This document shows, one piece after another, positions 17,757 to 27,255 of a stretch of DNA of 64,000 bases. This DNA comes from Alphaproteobacteria bacterium. Its GTDB lineage: Bacteria; Pseudomonadota; Alphaproteobacteria; RF32; CAG-239. The notes below the pieces were generated by a model that was given only the letters and a program-made list of their open reading frames with translations, searched no databases and was not told where the DNA came from. Numbering within the stretch: the first letter of the stretch is position 1; each line of letters begins with the position of its first letter. The position numbers and the translations under genes are program-made. The stretch lies in NCBI GenBank assembly GCA_017626035.1, contig JAGAJR010000018.1, forward strand, positions 36,329-100,328, read 5' to 3'.

Positions 17757-19283
17757 ATGGTAACTTGTGCCGTTATGACTTCCCTGATGGGATGTATGGT
17801 AACAACTTATTTGTTTTTCCGTTACACAATGTGTATGGGGCTGGGAATCACAGCCAAAACGATTTTGTTCGGAATATTTGTCCTGATGGGATGTATTCCG
17901 CTTCTGATACCTTACAAGTTGGAAAATATTCTGGGAGCGTTTTATCCCATATACCGCTATGCAATGTATTTTATTTTCATTGCCTGCATTATTTTGTTCG
18001 CGGTTACTTTAGTGTCGGATGCTTTTCTCTTTCTGCTGAGCTATACAAAAATTGCTTTAAAATCAAAATTCTTTTGGTGTTTCGGCATGAATTACGTCAA
18101 CATTGCCATAGCGTTGCTTTGTGCAGCCTATGCGTTGTATGAAGGCACCAAAATCCCGGATATCAAAGAAGTTAAGATTGTTTCGGCCAAGGTTTCTCAA
18201 GAACAGACAATTGCTTTGTTAAGCGATATTCATCTTCATCGGGCAATCTTTCCGCATAAAATCAAAGAAATTGTGGAGAAGACAAATTCAGCCGAGCCGG
18301 ATGCCGTCATATTGGCCGGAGATATTATTGACGATGACGTAGACAAGATTGCGGATATGACTTCTTTGTTAAAAGGGCTGAAAGCTAAAAAGGGCATTTA
18401 TTTTGTTACCGGAAACCACGAATTTTATACCGGTTATCACGAAACAGTCAAAGCACTTAAAAATCTGGGCTTCACTTTCTTGGAAAATAACAGTGAAACT
18501 TTGGGCGGAAATGTATATGTGGCCGGAATTCCTGATTTGTTTTCATCTAAAGGGTATGGAACGGACATAGATTTAAACCAAGCCTTTTCTTCAGCTCCGG
18601 AAGGCAGTTATCGCTTGTTGGTTCCTCACACGCCGGCGGATTTCGGAAAGGACAATATTTTTGATTTGGAAGTTTCCGGGCATACGCACGGAGGACAAAT
18701 TTTTCCGTTTCATCTCTTAGCCAAACTTCGCAATAAATATTTGGCTGGATTATATACAATGGATGAGGAAACAAATATTTATGTTTCCAGAGGAGCGGGA
18801 CAATGGGGACCGCAAATGCGTTTTCTGGCTCCTTCGGAAATTACTTTGATTAAACTCAAACCGCAGCAAGGAAAAAAACAAGTGAAAAAAGCACAAATTG
18901 ATACGATTTTTAATCAGGGGGAAATCAACCCTTACGGAAAGTTCTTTACCGGCCAAACCTATCTGCAAAGATTGAGTGCCTATGATGATGTTTGGCATTC
19001 TTCCGTTGCCAATGTAACTTTTGAACCGGGAGCCAGAACCAATTGGCATCGCCACAGCGGCGGCCAGATTTTATTGGTTTTAGGCGGAGAAGGACGGTAT
19101 CAGGAGAGGGGAAAAGAAATCCGGATTTTGAAAAAAGGAGATGTTGTGCGTATTCCTGTTGATGTTGATCACTGGCACGGAGCCGCCCCGAACAGTTGGT
19201 TTACACATATCTCCATTGAAACCAACGGAGAAAATAATAAAACCGATTGGCTTGAACCTGTAACCGACGAAGAATATAAATAA
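17757..19283 (+). CDS. Membrane-anchored metallophosphoesterase fused to a C-terminal cupin domain
   Basis: A 508-aa protein. It has N-terminal TM helices, then calcineurin-like motifs (LSDIHL, AGDIIDD, GNHEF, GHTHGG), then a cupin block (NWHRHSGGQILLVLGGEG...DHWHGA). Confidence 0.65.
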   Translation: MVTCAVMTSLMGCMVTTYLFFRYTMCMGLGITAKTILFGIFVLMGCIPLLIPYKLENILGAFYPIYRYAMYFIFIACIILFAVTLVSDAFLFLLSYTKIALKSKFFWCFGMNYVNIAIALLCAAYALYEGTKIPDIKEVKIVSAKVSQEQTIALLSDIHLHRAIFPHKIKEIVEKTNSAEPDAVILAGDIIDDDVDKIADMTSLLKGLKAKKGIYFVTGNHEFYTGYHETVKALKNLGFTFLENNSETLGGNVYVAGIPDLFSSKGYGTDIDLNQAFSSAPEGSYRLLVPHTPADFGKDNIFDLEVSGHTHGGQIFPFHLLAKLRNKYLAGLYTMDEETNIYVSRGAGQWGPQMRFLAPSEITLIKLKPQQGKKQVKKAQIDTIFNQGEINPYGKFFTGQTYLQRLSAYDDVWHSSVANVTFEPGARTNWHRHSGGQILLVLGGEGRYQERGKEIRILKKGDVVRIPVDVDHWHGAAPNSWFTHISIETNGENNKTDWLEPVTDEEYK

Positions 19284-19292
19284 GAGGATAAA

Positions 19293-19832
19293 ATGGCTAA
19301 AAAAATATTGGTATTGTCGGGAAGCTTCCGCAAACACGGAAATTCCGATTTGTTATGCGATGAGTTTGTCCGCGGAGCAACAGAAAGCGGTAATGATGTT
19401 GAAAAGATTTTCATCAATGACCGGAAAATAAATTTCTGCAGAGGGTGCGGAGTATGCAACACAACGCACAAATGCGTGCAGAAAGATGATATGGAAGAAA
19501 TCTTGAACAAAATGGTTGCGGCCGATGTGATTGTTATGGCAACTCCGGTTTATTTCTATACCATGAACGGACAGATGAAAACGCTGATTGACCGCACTGT
19601 CCCGAGATATGAGGAAATCAGCGGCAAAGATTTTTATTTTATTGTTGCTGCTGCGGACGGAAATAAGGCTAATATGCAAAAAACAATTGAAGGCTTCCGC
19701 GGTTTTACGGATGATTGTCTGCCCGGTGCAAAAGAAAAAGGGATTGTCTACGGAGTAGGTGCTTGGCAGATTGGAGATATTAAAGGCTCTCCGGCCATGA
19801 AAGAAGCCTATGAAATGGGTAAAAACGCCTGA
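19293..19832 (+). CDS. NADPH-dependent FMN reductase / iron-sulfur flavoprotein-like
   Basis: A 179-aa flavodoxin-like fold (ILVLSGSFRKHGNS) with a Cys cluster (CRGCGVCNTTHKC). Confidence 0.65.
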   Translation: MAKKILVLSGSFRKHGNSDLLCDEFVRGATESGNDVEKIFINDRKINFCRGCGVCNTTHKCVQKDDMEEILNKMVAADVIVMATPVYFYTMNGQMKTLIDRTVPRYEEISGKDFYFIVAAADGNKANMQKTIEGFRGFTDDCLPGAKEKGIVYGVGAWQIGDIKGSPAMKEAYEMGKNA

Positions 19833-19835
19833 ATG

Positions 19836-19867
19836 AAAAATCCCCTCAAATGAGGGGATTTTTTTTA
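19836..19867. terminator. Bidirectional intrinsic terminator
   Basis: The hairpin ATCCCCTCAAATGAGGGGAT is followed by a T8 tract. Confidence 0.7.
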
Positions 19868-21052
19868 ATTGGCAGAAGATAACCATTTGTCCAGGAGCAA
19901 GGCTGCCGATTGTCCGGAAGCAATGGCCTCAACAATGGTGGAACCGCCGTTTTTGCAATCTCCGGCATAAATAATTCGTTCATCGTCAATTTTTTCGTCT
20001 GCCCGACTGCCTATGGCGGTAATAATCAAGGAAAAGCCCGGAAGTTTTATCGAGGAGTTTGGCAAAGGTGTCAGTTTACCGTCAACAAAATGGTTTTTAT
20101 GAATAATCAGGGACAATAATCCGTTTTCCTGTTCCACTTTTTCCGGACTGCTCATCGGATAAATGTTAACTTGACGGTTCAGAAGTTCCAGACATTCGAG
20201 GTTTGAAATTCTCATATCGGGAAGTCTGCGGCGAACAAACATTTCCACTTGTTCCGCTCCGCTTATCTGGGCGGTAAAGGCACAGTCGGCAGCCACGTTT
20301 CCACCACCGATAACGGCTACTTTTCCCGTTGTTTGATATTTTTCCGGCCGGCGGAGATATTCCATATAAGGCAGACAGAGATCTTCCCCCGGAATATTCA
20401 GTTTAACGCAGTGAGGCTCTCCGGTGGCGACAATCACCCCGTTAAAACCTTCTTTCAATAAATCGAGCGGATTATCAATTTTGGTATTTGGTTTAAGCGT
20501 AATGGTGTTTGCATCGGCAATAAAAGACCAGTCTTTTTCAATAACCTCATGCGGAAGCCTTTCGTCGGGAATCATATTTAAGGCCCCGCCGATTGTATCC
20601 GAAGCTTCAAAAACGGTAATGGCATATCCTTTTGAACTTAAGCCGGCAGCGGCGGCCATACCGGCAGGACCGGCTCCGATAACGGCAATGCTTTTCCCGT
20701 TAGGCGAAAGGTTTTTTTTCTCCTTTTTTTTCTCCCGATAATTTTCTAAAATAGTCGCTTGAACTTTGGGAATATTAACGGCAAAATCAATTTTGCTGCG
20801 GGTGCAGGCTTTCATACAAAACTTGTCGGGACAGATAAGGCCGCAGGTTTGCCCCATGGGGTTAGTTCGGGTAATGGTTTCAACCGCTTCGGAAAAATTT
20901 CCTTGTTTGGCAAAGTTTATAAATTCCTGCGGATTGCAGTTGACCGGGCAAGCACTCATACACGGACGGGTTTTGCAGTTCAGACAACGTTCCAGTTCCG
21001 CCTTCATTTGGATTTTGCTCAAGTATAAGGATTTTTTTTTAGTCATAATCAA
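19865..21052 (-). CDS. Glutamate synthase small-subunit-like NAD(P)H oxidoreductase (GltD/PreT family)
   Basis: A 395-aa protein. It has N-terminal Fe-S Cys motifs (CLNCKTRPCMSACP), two dinucleotide-binding GxGxxG motifs (VIGAGPAG; VIGGGNVA) and the characteristic C-terminal YAGDC. Confidence 0.75.
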   Translation of the reverse strand: MIMTKKKSLYLSKIQMKAELERCLNCKTRPCMSACPVNCNPQEFINFAKQGNFSEAVETITRTNPMGQTCGLICPDKFCMKACTRSKIDFAVNIPKVQATILENYREKKKEKKNLSPNGKSIAVIGAGPAGMAAAAGLSSKGYAITVFEASDTIGGALNMIPDERLPHEVIEKDWSFIADANTITLKPNTKIDNPLDLLKEGFNGVIVATGEPHCVKLNIPGEDLCLPYMEYLRRPEKYQTTGKVAVIGGGNVAADCAFTAQISGAEQVEMFVRRRLPDMRISNLECLELLNRQVNIYPMSSPEKVEQENGLLSLIIHKNHFVDGKLTPLPNSSIKLPGFSLIITAIGSRADEKIDDERIIYAGDCKNGGSTIVEAIASGQSAALLLDKWLSSAN

Positions 21053-21185
21053 GCCTTTGTTGTTTTATATAAAAATAAACGTTAGCGATAGGTTTAAGTC
21101 AATAGTTTTAACCGAGTTATCCGATTTTTTGCCTTTTACAAGTTCAAATTTTATAGTAAAATAACTAGTTGTAGGGAGACACAAA

Positions 21186-21677
21186 ATGAAAGAAACACAA
21201 GCTTTTTATTATAAATTCAAAAAGAACTGGTTTTGGATGGGGATGAATATTTTGCTTTTGGCATTAATGTTGTGCTGCTGTATCAAATATCCGTCCTGTT
21301 TGTATTGGCGTCAAACCAAAGTGTTAATCGGAACATTGGTGTTTTCGTTTGTTGCCTGGGGACTAAAATATTGGTGCCGGCACAGAGTTGCCCTGCTGGA
21401 TGAAAACGGCATAAAAATCGATCACTGCAGTCCTTTGCCGTGGAAGGATATTAAAAATGCGGAATATAAAACGGCAAAATGCTGTTTCCAAAAACTTCCG
21501 GTAATTATCCTGAATCCGAAAAAGAACATTAAATATCATTATAATTTTATGCAAAAACGTTGTGCCAAAATGGATTTTACGGCGTTTTCCATTCCTTTAT
21601 ACGCCATGACACCTGAAGACGGGGAAAAAATCGCCGCCTTAATCGGAAAAAAAGTAAAATTTATCAATAAAAAATAA
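21186..21677 (+). CDS. Hypothetical membrane protein (163 aa)
   Basis: Two TM helices and a Cys-rich segment. No recognisable domain. Confidence 0.35.
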   Translation: MKETQAFYYKFKKNWFWMGMNILLLALMLCCCIKYPSCLYWRQTKVLIGTLVFSFVAWGLKYWCRHRVALLDENGIKIDHCSPLPWKDIKNAEYKTAKCCFQKLPVIILNPKKNIKYHYNFMQKRCAKMDFTAFSIPLYAMTPEDGEKIAALIGKKVKFINKK

Positions 21678-21802
21678 AAGGTTTTTAATTGTTTTTTTGC
21701 GGAGTTGAGATTAAACTTCCTCTGTCAAAGAAAGTAAAAACTTTGAATTTTTATGTTTCTTTGGTGAAAAGTTATAATAAATAATTTCACTGAGGGGAAA
21801 TA

Positions 21803-22885
21803 ATGAAAATATTAGTCGGAATGAGCGGAGGCGTAGATTCCTCCGTAACGGCGTGTATTCTGAAGGAAGCAGGCCACGAAGTTATTGGTGCCACAATGTC
21901 TGTTTGGGATAAGGGGCGGGCATATAATATTTTATCACATAAAGACGCGTGTTTTTCGCCGCATGAAGAACGGGATATTGAAGAAGCGGAAGCCGTATGC
22001 CGGAAGTTAGGACTTGAATACCACGTTATAGATTGTACAAAACAGTATCAGAAACTTGTTCTGTCGAATTTTAAACAGGAATATTTATCGGGAAGGACAC
22101 CCAATCCCTGTGTCTGGTGTAATTCAATGATTAAATTTGAGGCTCTGCCGAAAAGTGCGGCAGAGAAGGGAATTGTTTTTGATAAATTTGCCACCGGACA
22201 TTATGCTCGTTTATTATATAATGAAGATAACAAAAGATGGCAGCTCCGTCGGGCTGTCGATGAACGTAAGGATCAAACCTATTTTCTATATCGTCTGAAG
22301 CAGGAACAGTTGGAAAAAATTATGCTCCCTTTGGGAGAATATAGCAAAAATGACGTTCGTGAAATTGCCCGAAGGCATGGTTTGAAAGTGAGTGATAAGC
22401 CGGATAGTCAGGATTTCTATTCCGGAAATATCAATGATATTTTGCAAACGCCGCCGCAGCCGGGAAATTTTGTAGATACGCACGGAAAAATATTGGGACA
22501 CCATCAGGGAATTTGGAATTTCACCGTGGGACAGCGAAAAGGACTTGGAATTAGTGCCGAGCGGCCATTGTATGTTATCAGCCTGAATAAGAAAACGAAT
22601 GAGGTTGTACTGGGATATGACGAAGAATGTTATAAACAGTCGCTGACGGCCAAAAATCTTTCTTGGCTTTCGGTTCCTTGTTTTGAAAAAACAGAGGATA
22701 TATACGTTAAACTTCGTTCTTCACAACATCCTGTTGCTGCAGAAGTGAATGTCTTTTCCGAAGATGGTGCCGAAGTTGTGTTTAGAGAAAAACAAAAAGC
22801 AGTGGCTTTCGGACAATCTGTTGTTTTTTATAATAAAGATGGATTGGTACTTGGCGGTGGCATTATTGATAGTTCAGCCGATTAG
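21803..22885 (+). CDS. mnmA: tRNA-specific 2-thiouridylase MnmA
   Basis: A 360-aa protein. The PP-loop VGMSGGVDSS is at the N-terminus. Conserved MnmA blocks NPCVWCN and DQTYFLY are present. Confidence 0.9.
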   Translation: MKILVGMSGGVDSSVTACILKEAGHEVIGATMSVWDKGRAYNILSHKDACFSPHEERDIEEAEAVCRKLGLEYHVIDCTKQYQKLVLSNFKQEYLSGRTPNPCVWCNSMIKFEALPKSAAEKGIVFDKFATGHYARLLYNEDNKRWQLRRAVDERKDQTYFLYRLKQEQLEKIMLPLGEYSKNDVREIARRHGLKVSDKPDSQDFYSGNINDILQTPPQPGNFVDTHGKILGHHQGIWNFTVGQRKGLGISAERPLYVISLNKKTNEVVLGYDEECYKQSLTAKNLSWLSVPCFEKTEDIYVKLRSSQHPVAAEVNVFSEDGAEVVFREKQKAVAFGQSVVFYNKDGLVLGGGIIDSSAD

Positions 22886-22887
22886 CT

Positions 22888-23877
22888 ATGAATGGGGAAG
22901 AAATACTTAAACTGCTGGAGGATGAAAAAAATGAAGCTGAACTTTTTAGACAAGCGGATTTGGTTCGAAAGCAGTATGTCGGAGATGAAGTTCATCTTCG
23001 GGGATTAATAGAATTTTCGAATATCTGTCGAAATAATTGTATGTATTGCGGGATTAGAAAGGATAATAAGAAACTTTCCCGTTTCCGAATTGAACCGGAT
23101 GAATTGGTAAAAACAGTTCAAAAGGCGGTTAATTTGGGATTCCGGACAATTGTGATGCAATCGGGAGAAGATATGTACTATACCCGGGATAAGTTATGCC
23201 GGATTATCGCTGCGATTAAAAAGTTTGATGTCGCCGTTACGTTGAGTGTCGGAGAAAGAACTTTTGCCGATTATAAGGCTTTTCGGGAAGTCGGAGCTGA
23301 CCGCTATCTGATGAGAATAGAAACAACGGATAAAGATTTATATCACCGTCTAAATCCGAAAATGAGTTGGGATTATAGATATGAGTGTCTGCTGATGTTG
23401 AAAGAATTAGGCTATGAACTCGGATCCGGAATTATGGTCGGTTTGCCGGGACAGTCATTGAAATCAATAGCCGAAGATTTGTTATTTTTGAAAAGATTGG
23501 ATGTTGACATGGCTGGTATTGGCCCATTCATTCCTCATCAGGAAACCCCTTTGGCAAACAGTTGCGGAGGAAGTCTTCACTTGGCTTTACGAACAATGGC
23601 AATCATGCGTTTGTTGCTGCCTGACATTAATATTCCCGCCACAACGGCAATGGAAAGTCTGCACCCGAAAGGAAGAATATTGGCATTGCAAAGCGGTGCA
23701 AATGTTGTCATGCCGAATATAACGGAAGGCGAATATCGGAGACTGTACCAGTTGTATCCGGGAAAAATCTGTATAAATGAGACCCCCGTGCAGTGTCGAA
23801 GTTGTATAGGATTAAAAATTATGAGTATTGGGCGTAAAATAGGTATGGGATACGGTAGTCGAAAAAAGGTTCTTTAA
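22888..23877 (+). CDS. Radical SAM enzyme, HydE/BioB/PylB family (HydE-like)
   Basis: A 329-aa protein with the CX3CX2C motif CRNNCMYCGIRKDN. The block GADRYLMRIETTDKDLYHRLNP resembles HydE. The start lies 2 nt after the mnmA stop. Confidence 0.65.
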   Translation: MNGEEILKLLEDEKNEAELFRQADLVRKQYVGDEVHLRGLIEFSNICRNNCMYCGIRKDNKKLSRFRIEPDELVKTVQKAVNLGFRTIVMQSGEDMYYTRDKLCRIIAAIKKFDVAVTLSVGERTFADYKAFREVGADRYLMRIETTDKDLYHRLNPKMSWDYRYECLLMLKELGYELGSGIMVGLPGQSLKSIAEDLLFLKRLDVDMAGIGPFIPHQETPLANSCGGSLHLALRTMAIMRLLLPDINIPATTAMESLHPKGRILALQSGANVVMPNITEGEYRRLYQLYPGKICINETPVQCRSCIGLKIMSIGRKIGMGYGSRKKVL

Positions 23878-23883
23878 ACACTC

Positions 23884-23912
23884 AAAAGCCCTGTTTTTGT
23901 AACAGGGCTTTT
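23884..23912. terminator. Bidirectional intrinsic terminator
   Basis: The AAAAGCCCTGTT/AACAGGGCTTTT hairpin lies between convergent genes. Confidence 0.65.
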
Positions 23913-23933
23913 GAATTTCAGCAAGACATGAAA

Positions 23934-24518
23934 TTACGGCTTCATGACAAATTCAGCGGCTTTACGCAGGCTGCAGGGAAGAAGCGGGCAGGAAATGATG
24001 TTTTCCGTGTCGGCATTGGTTGACGACGTATCCGGTTCTTCAATGAGTTTTTCAACTATAATTTGATATTTTTTGTATCGGCATATGGCTACAATGCGTT
24101 TTTTCTGCCGTGGACATAAAAATACTCTGAATGTTTTGGCCGGACGGTAAATGAAAGCATCTTTCTCCGAAAAATAGATGGCATCTGTTCCGATTTCTCC
24201 CCAGAAGTAACCTTTCTCGTCTTTTATCGCAAAAACCGTCGTGATAAATTTCTTGGTTAACGGATGAAACAAATCAAGAAGTTTCACTTGGGAAATGTCT
24301 CCGCAAACAGCCCCTCCGGAGGAAAAGGCTTTTTGAAGGACATACCAGCTTAACAAAGGCTGCGGGGCAAAAAGAGGATTTTCCGTTGTTCCGTAATCAC
24401 TTACCATACAAGCTGTTTCGGAAGAATTTGTTGTTTCCGAACCTGTCGGCTCTTGTTCTTTCTGTGCGGTTCTTTCCTTTCCGGTAAAGAATTCCGCAAT
24501 TTTTTTAAGAAGTTTCAT
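23934..24518 (-). CDS. Hypothetical protein (194 aa)
   Basis: An ORF with no recognisable domain, at the edge of an AT-rich islet. Confidence 0.35.
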   Translation of the reverse strand: MKLLKKIAEFFTGKERTAQKEQEPTGSETTNSSETACMVSDYGTTENPLFAPQPLLSWYVLQKAFSSGGAVCGDISQVKLLDLFHPLTKKFITTVFAIKDEKGYFWGEIGTDAIYFSEKDAFIYRPAKTFRVFLCPRQKKRIVAICRYKKYQIIVEKLIEEPDTSSTNADTENIISCPLLPCSLRKAAEFVMKP

Positions 24519-24661
24519 AAAATATGTAGAATTATAGGATTATTTTGAAATAAAATAGACAAAAGTATTGTAAGTGTCAAATTAAATTTAAACCGTAAAT
24601 ATAAACAAAATCCCCGTCGAAACGAATGTCGCTTCAAACGGGGAAATTTTGTGATTAGTTG

Positions 24662-25090
24662 CTATACAAATTTTATTGTATATGGCTTAGAGTGCTTAAT
24701 CATCAGTACAAAAATGGGGATTAAGCTGAGAATTGTAATGGCTCGAAGGCCTTGCACTAAACCAGTATCCGGGCAAGTAACCAAATACCAATAAAGAGTA
24801 AGCAGAACCCAGTTTGCAGCCCTTGCCGAAAAATGTTTCAAGTTTACCCTGTGGTCTTTTCTAAACTTTTTCCAGACTTGGAAAAAACGTATGGTTTCCA
24901 ACAAAGCGACAAGTGCCGAGCACGCAAGGATTAAGGCCATTGGAAACTTTGGGGATAAGCCAAAAGTATTCCATAGAATTCCAAATAAGAATAAACAACC
25001 ACATCCTGTTTTCAACAGTGAAATCAAAGATTTCTTTGCTTTCTTTTTCATAATCGTAATTTTTTTATGTGTTTTACAAAATTTATCCAT
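24662..25090 (-). CDS. Hypothetical small membrane protein
   Basis: Four predicted TM helices in AT-rich DNA. Confidence 0.35.
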   Translation of the reverse strand: MDKFCKTHKKITIMKKKAKKSLISLLKTGCGCLFLFGILWNTFGLSPKFPMALILACSALVALLETIRFFQVWKKFRKDHRVNLKHFSARAANWVLLTLYWYLVTCPDTGLVQGLRAITILSLIPIFVLMIKHSKPYTIKFV

Positions 25091-25238
25091 AATCGCTATA
25101 AATCAGGCCTAAAAAATATCATATTTTATAAACCCCGTCAATATCAATTTGGACTATTTTGTCTAAAAACATTGTGCCTTATAAAGTTTACATACAAAAA
25201 ATTGTTGTTTTTCCGCTGCAACTTTATATTTAGAAATT

Positions 25239-25832
25239 TTATTTAGTAATCCCCAATTTTTGCACAAAATGCTGAGAATATTCTTTTGCGGTCATTTTTT
25301 GAAAAGGGTATTCAAAATTGTAATATTCACGATTATTTTCCAATTCATTTTCTCGGGTTTTTGCCCATCCGCTTTGAAAATATTTATCTCCAACTCCAGA
25401 AGATACAATACCTCTGCTTTCAGAAAGATAGCTTCGTAACGCAGGTATAAAATTCTCTTCTCCGAATTTTACGATTAGGTATTTTCCTTCACTGTCCTGA
25501 ATACGAATTCCTTTAGATAAGAATTCAGAGAGTTTTTTTTCTAAAAATTCTGTTTCTTCGTTAATATTTAGGCGAGGTTTGGAAGATGTAAAACCTTGTA
25601 TTATTCTTTTTAAACTTCCGACACCGACATTTTCATAGGTTTTCACAGGAATAAACTTAATATCATTATTCGTTACAATGACTTTCCCTATATAATAATC
25701 ATCTCCTTTTTGATCCCCATTCAAATATTGATATTTTGCATAGCTGACAATATGAAATGTCGTTAATACATTCATTTTTGATGCACCCAATACGATGCTT
25801 ACTAAAAATAATATTAAAAATTTTTTCATCAT
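25239..25832 (-). CDS. Hypothetical secreted protein (197 aa)
   Basis: It has an N-terminal signal peptide MMKKFLILFLVSIVLGA and an RBS. Confidence 0.4.
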   Translation of the reverse strand: MMKKFLILFLVSIVLGASKMNVLTTFHIVSYAKYQYLNGDQKGDDYYIGKVIVTNNDIKFIPVKTYENVGVGSLKRIIQGFTSSKPRLNINEETEFLEKKLSEFLSKGIRIQDSEGKYLIVKFGEENFIPALRSYLSESRGIVSSGVGDKYFQSGWAKTRENELENNREYYNFEYPFQKMTAKEYSQHFVQKLGITK

Positions 25833-25887
25833 TATTTTTTACCATCTGATTATTCTGTTGTTTACGTCTGCCTCTCAAACATTTTTG

Positions 25888-26343
25888 TTATAAGGAATTC
25901 CAAAGAATTGTTACATCCGTTGAGTAAATATATTTTTTCTCATTATTATTGAAAAATAATTGAATATTCATTGGAAAGTTTAAATTTCCTTGTTCATCAT
26001 TAGGTGCAACGAAGTAATCGCTATTAATGATACCAAAAAATTTCTTTTTTTCTAACATAGATTCATTGCATAAAAGATTTTCAATGTTAAATAGATATAT
26101 ATTAAGATTTATTATATGATACTTAGCTTTAATCCATTCCATATCCCAAAAACATTCATTAAAAGCATCCCAATTCTTTCCAAAATAGCTCGGAAATTGT
26201 AACGTTTTAGAGAATTTATTAAACAAATCTTCTTTTGTAGAAATATTTTTGCAATCAATTTTTATCAACTTTGCATCCAAAGATTGTGAAATTTCTTTAT
26301 CATCGGATATAAAATTTATTCTGGTTGAATATTGCATTATCAT
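25888..26343 (-). CDS. Barstar-like immunity protein
   Basis: The block KEDLFNKFSKTLQFPSYFGKNWDAFNECFWD matches the barstar core (..LPEYYGENLDALWDCLTG..). Confidence 0.5.
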   Translation of the reverse strand: MIMQYSTRINFISDDKEISQSLDAKLIKIDCKNISTKEDLFNKFSKTLQFPSYFGKNWDAFNECFWDMEWIKAKYHIINLNIYLFNIENLLCNESMLEKKKFFGIINSDYFVAPNDEQGNLNFPMNIQLFFNNNEKKYIYSTDVTILWNSL

Positions 26344-26392
26344 AGCTCTTTTTTAGGTCGGTAGGTGTAAATATATATAAGCATTATCTACA

Positions 26393-26758
26393 TTAGCTTT
26401 GCCTTTTCAATTTATTAAATTCCTCTTCATTTATACAAAATACCAAATGATAGTAAAGATTTTGAGCCTCTTGAAGAATATTAATTAAATAATTTAAAGA
26501 GATATTATAGCTCTCTTTTACTAATTCGGAATAAGAAGAATATTTTTCAGTATTTATATACCAGTTGTCATATGTATATGAAATTTTATCATTATTAATT
26601 GCAAGTACATCACCGCCTAGAATAGCAATATTGTTATCTTTACAAAAACTTAAAAGAGTAATGGTGTCGGGATAGCTAAAAGCATCTCCGGAAACACCAA
26701 TTGGATTCAAACTGATGGCTTTAGATTGTATGACATAGGGTATAAAATTATTCTGCAT
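26393..26758 (-). CDS. Hypothetical protein, immunity-protein-like (121 aa)
   Basis: A small acidic protein directly upstream of the barstar-like gene, in the same AT-rich islet. Confidence 0.3.
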   Translation of the reverse strand: MQNNFIPYVIQSKAISLNPIGVSGDAFSYPDTITLLSFCKDNNIAILGGDVLAINNDKISYTYDNWYINTEKYSSYSELVKESYNISLNYLINILQEAQNLYYHLVFCINEEEFNKLKRQS

Positions 26759-27021
26759 TACAATTATTCCTTAGACACAGATAAGCAGAGATTTACATCC
26801 TAATAAATTTCTGTATTCTATCACTTTATCAAAAGTTTATCATAATACAGAAGCTGGTCAACAATTAATGTAAGGCTTTATGATGCAAAAGTTCGCGAAA
26901 TCCGTATGTGTAAACTCTCCTTCCTTAGGAGAGAATAACTTTTGTGCGACAGGTTTCAGCACTATAAAAAGGTATTTAAAAACAAAAGAACAACTCATTA
27001 AATGAGTTGTTCTTTTTTAAT

Positions 27022-27097
27022 TGGTGAGCGCGTCGGGATTCGAACCCGAGACCCTTTGATTAAAAGTCAAATGCTCTACCGACTGAGCTACGCACCC
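27022..27097 (-). tRNA. tRNA-Lys (anticodon UUU), CCA encoded
   Basis: The reverse complement reads GGGTGCGTAGCTCAGTCGGTAGAGCATTTGACTTTTAATCAAAGGGTCTCGGGTTCGAATCCCGACGCGCTCACCA. It has a cloverleaf with a TTT anticodon and a GGTTCGAATCC T-arm. Confidence 0.85.
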
Positions 27098-27255
27098 TTA
27101 CGCAACGAAGGAATGTATATAGTATAAAAAAGGCATAGTCAATAAAAAAAATAAAAAAAGTTAAAAAAATTGAAAATGTAGTTTATTTGTTAATAATTAT
27201 ATGTTAGCATCCTCTTAAATTTCAATAATAAACGACTGAAACAGAGGTTTATAAG

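Noticed and set aside
19841-19858. Hairpin ATCCCCTCAAATGAGGGGAT, resembling the module's flanking palindrome, considered as a third module footprint
   Set aside because: No XRE gene or conserved leader blocks are adjacent. It is most simply a member of a common CCCCTC...GAGGGG terminator style used throughout this genome.
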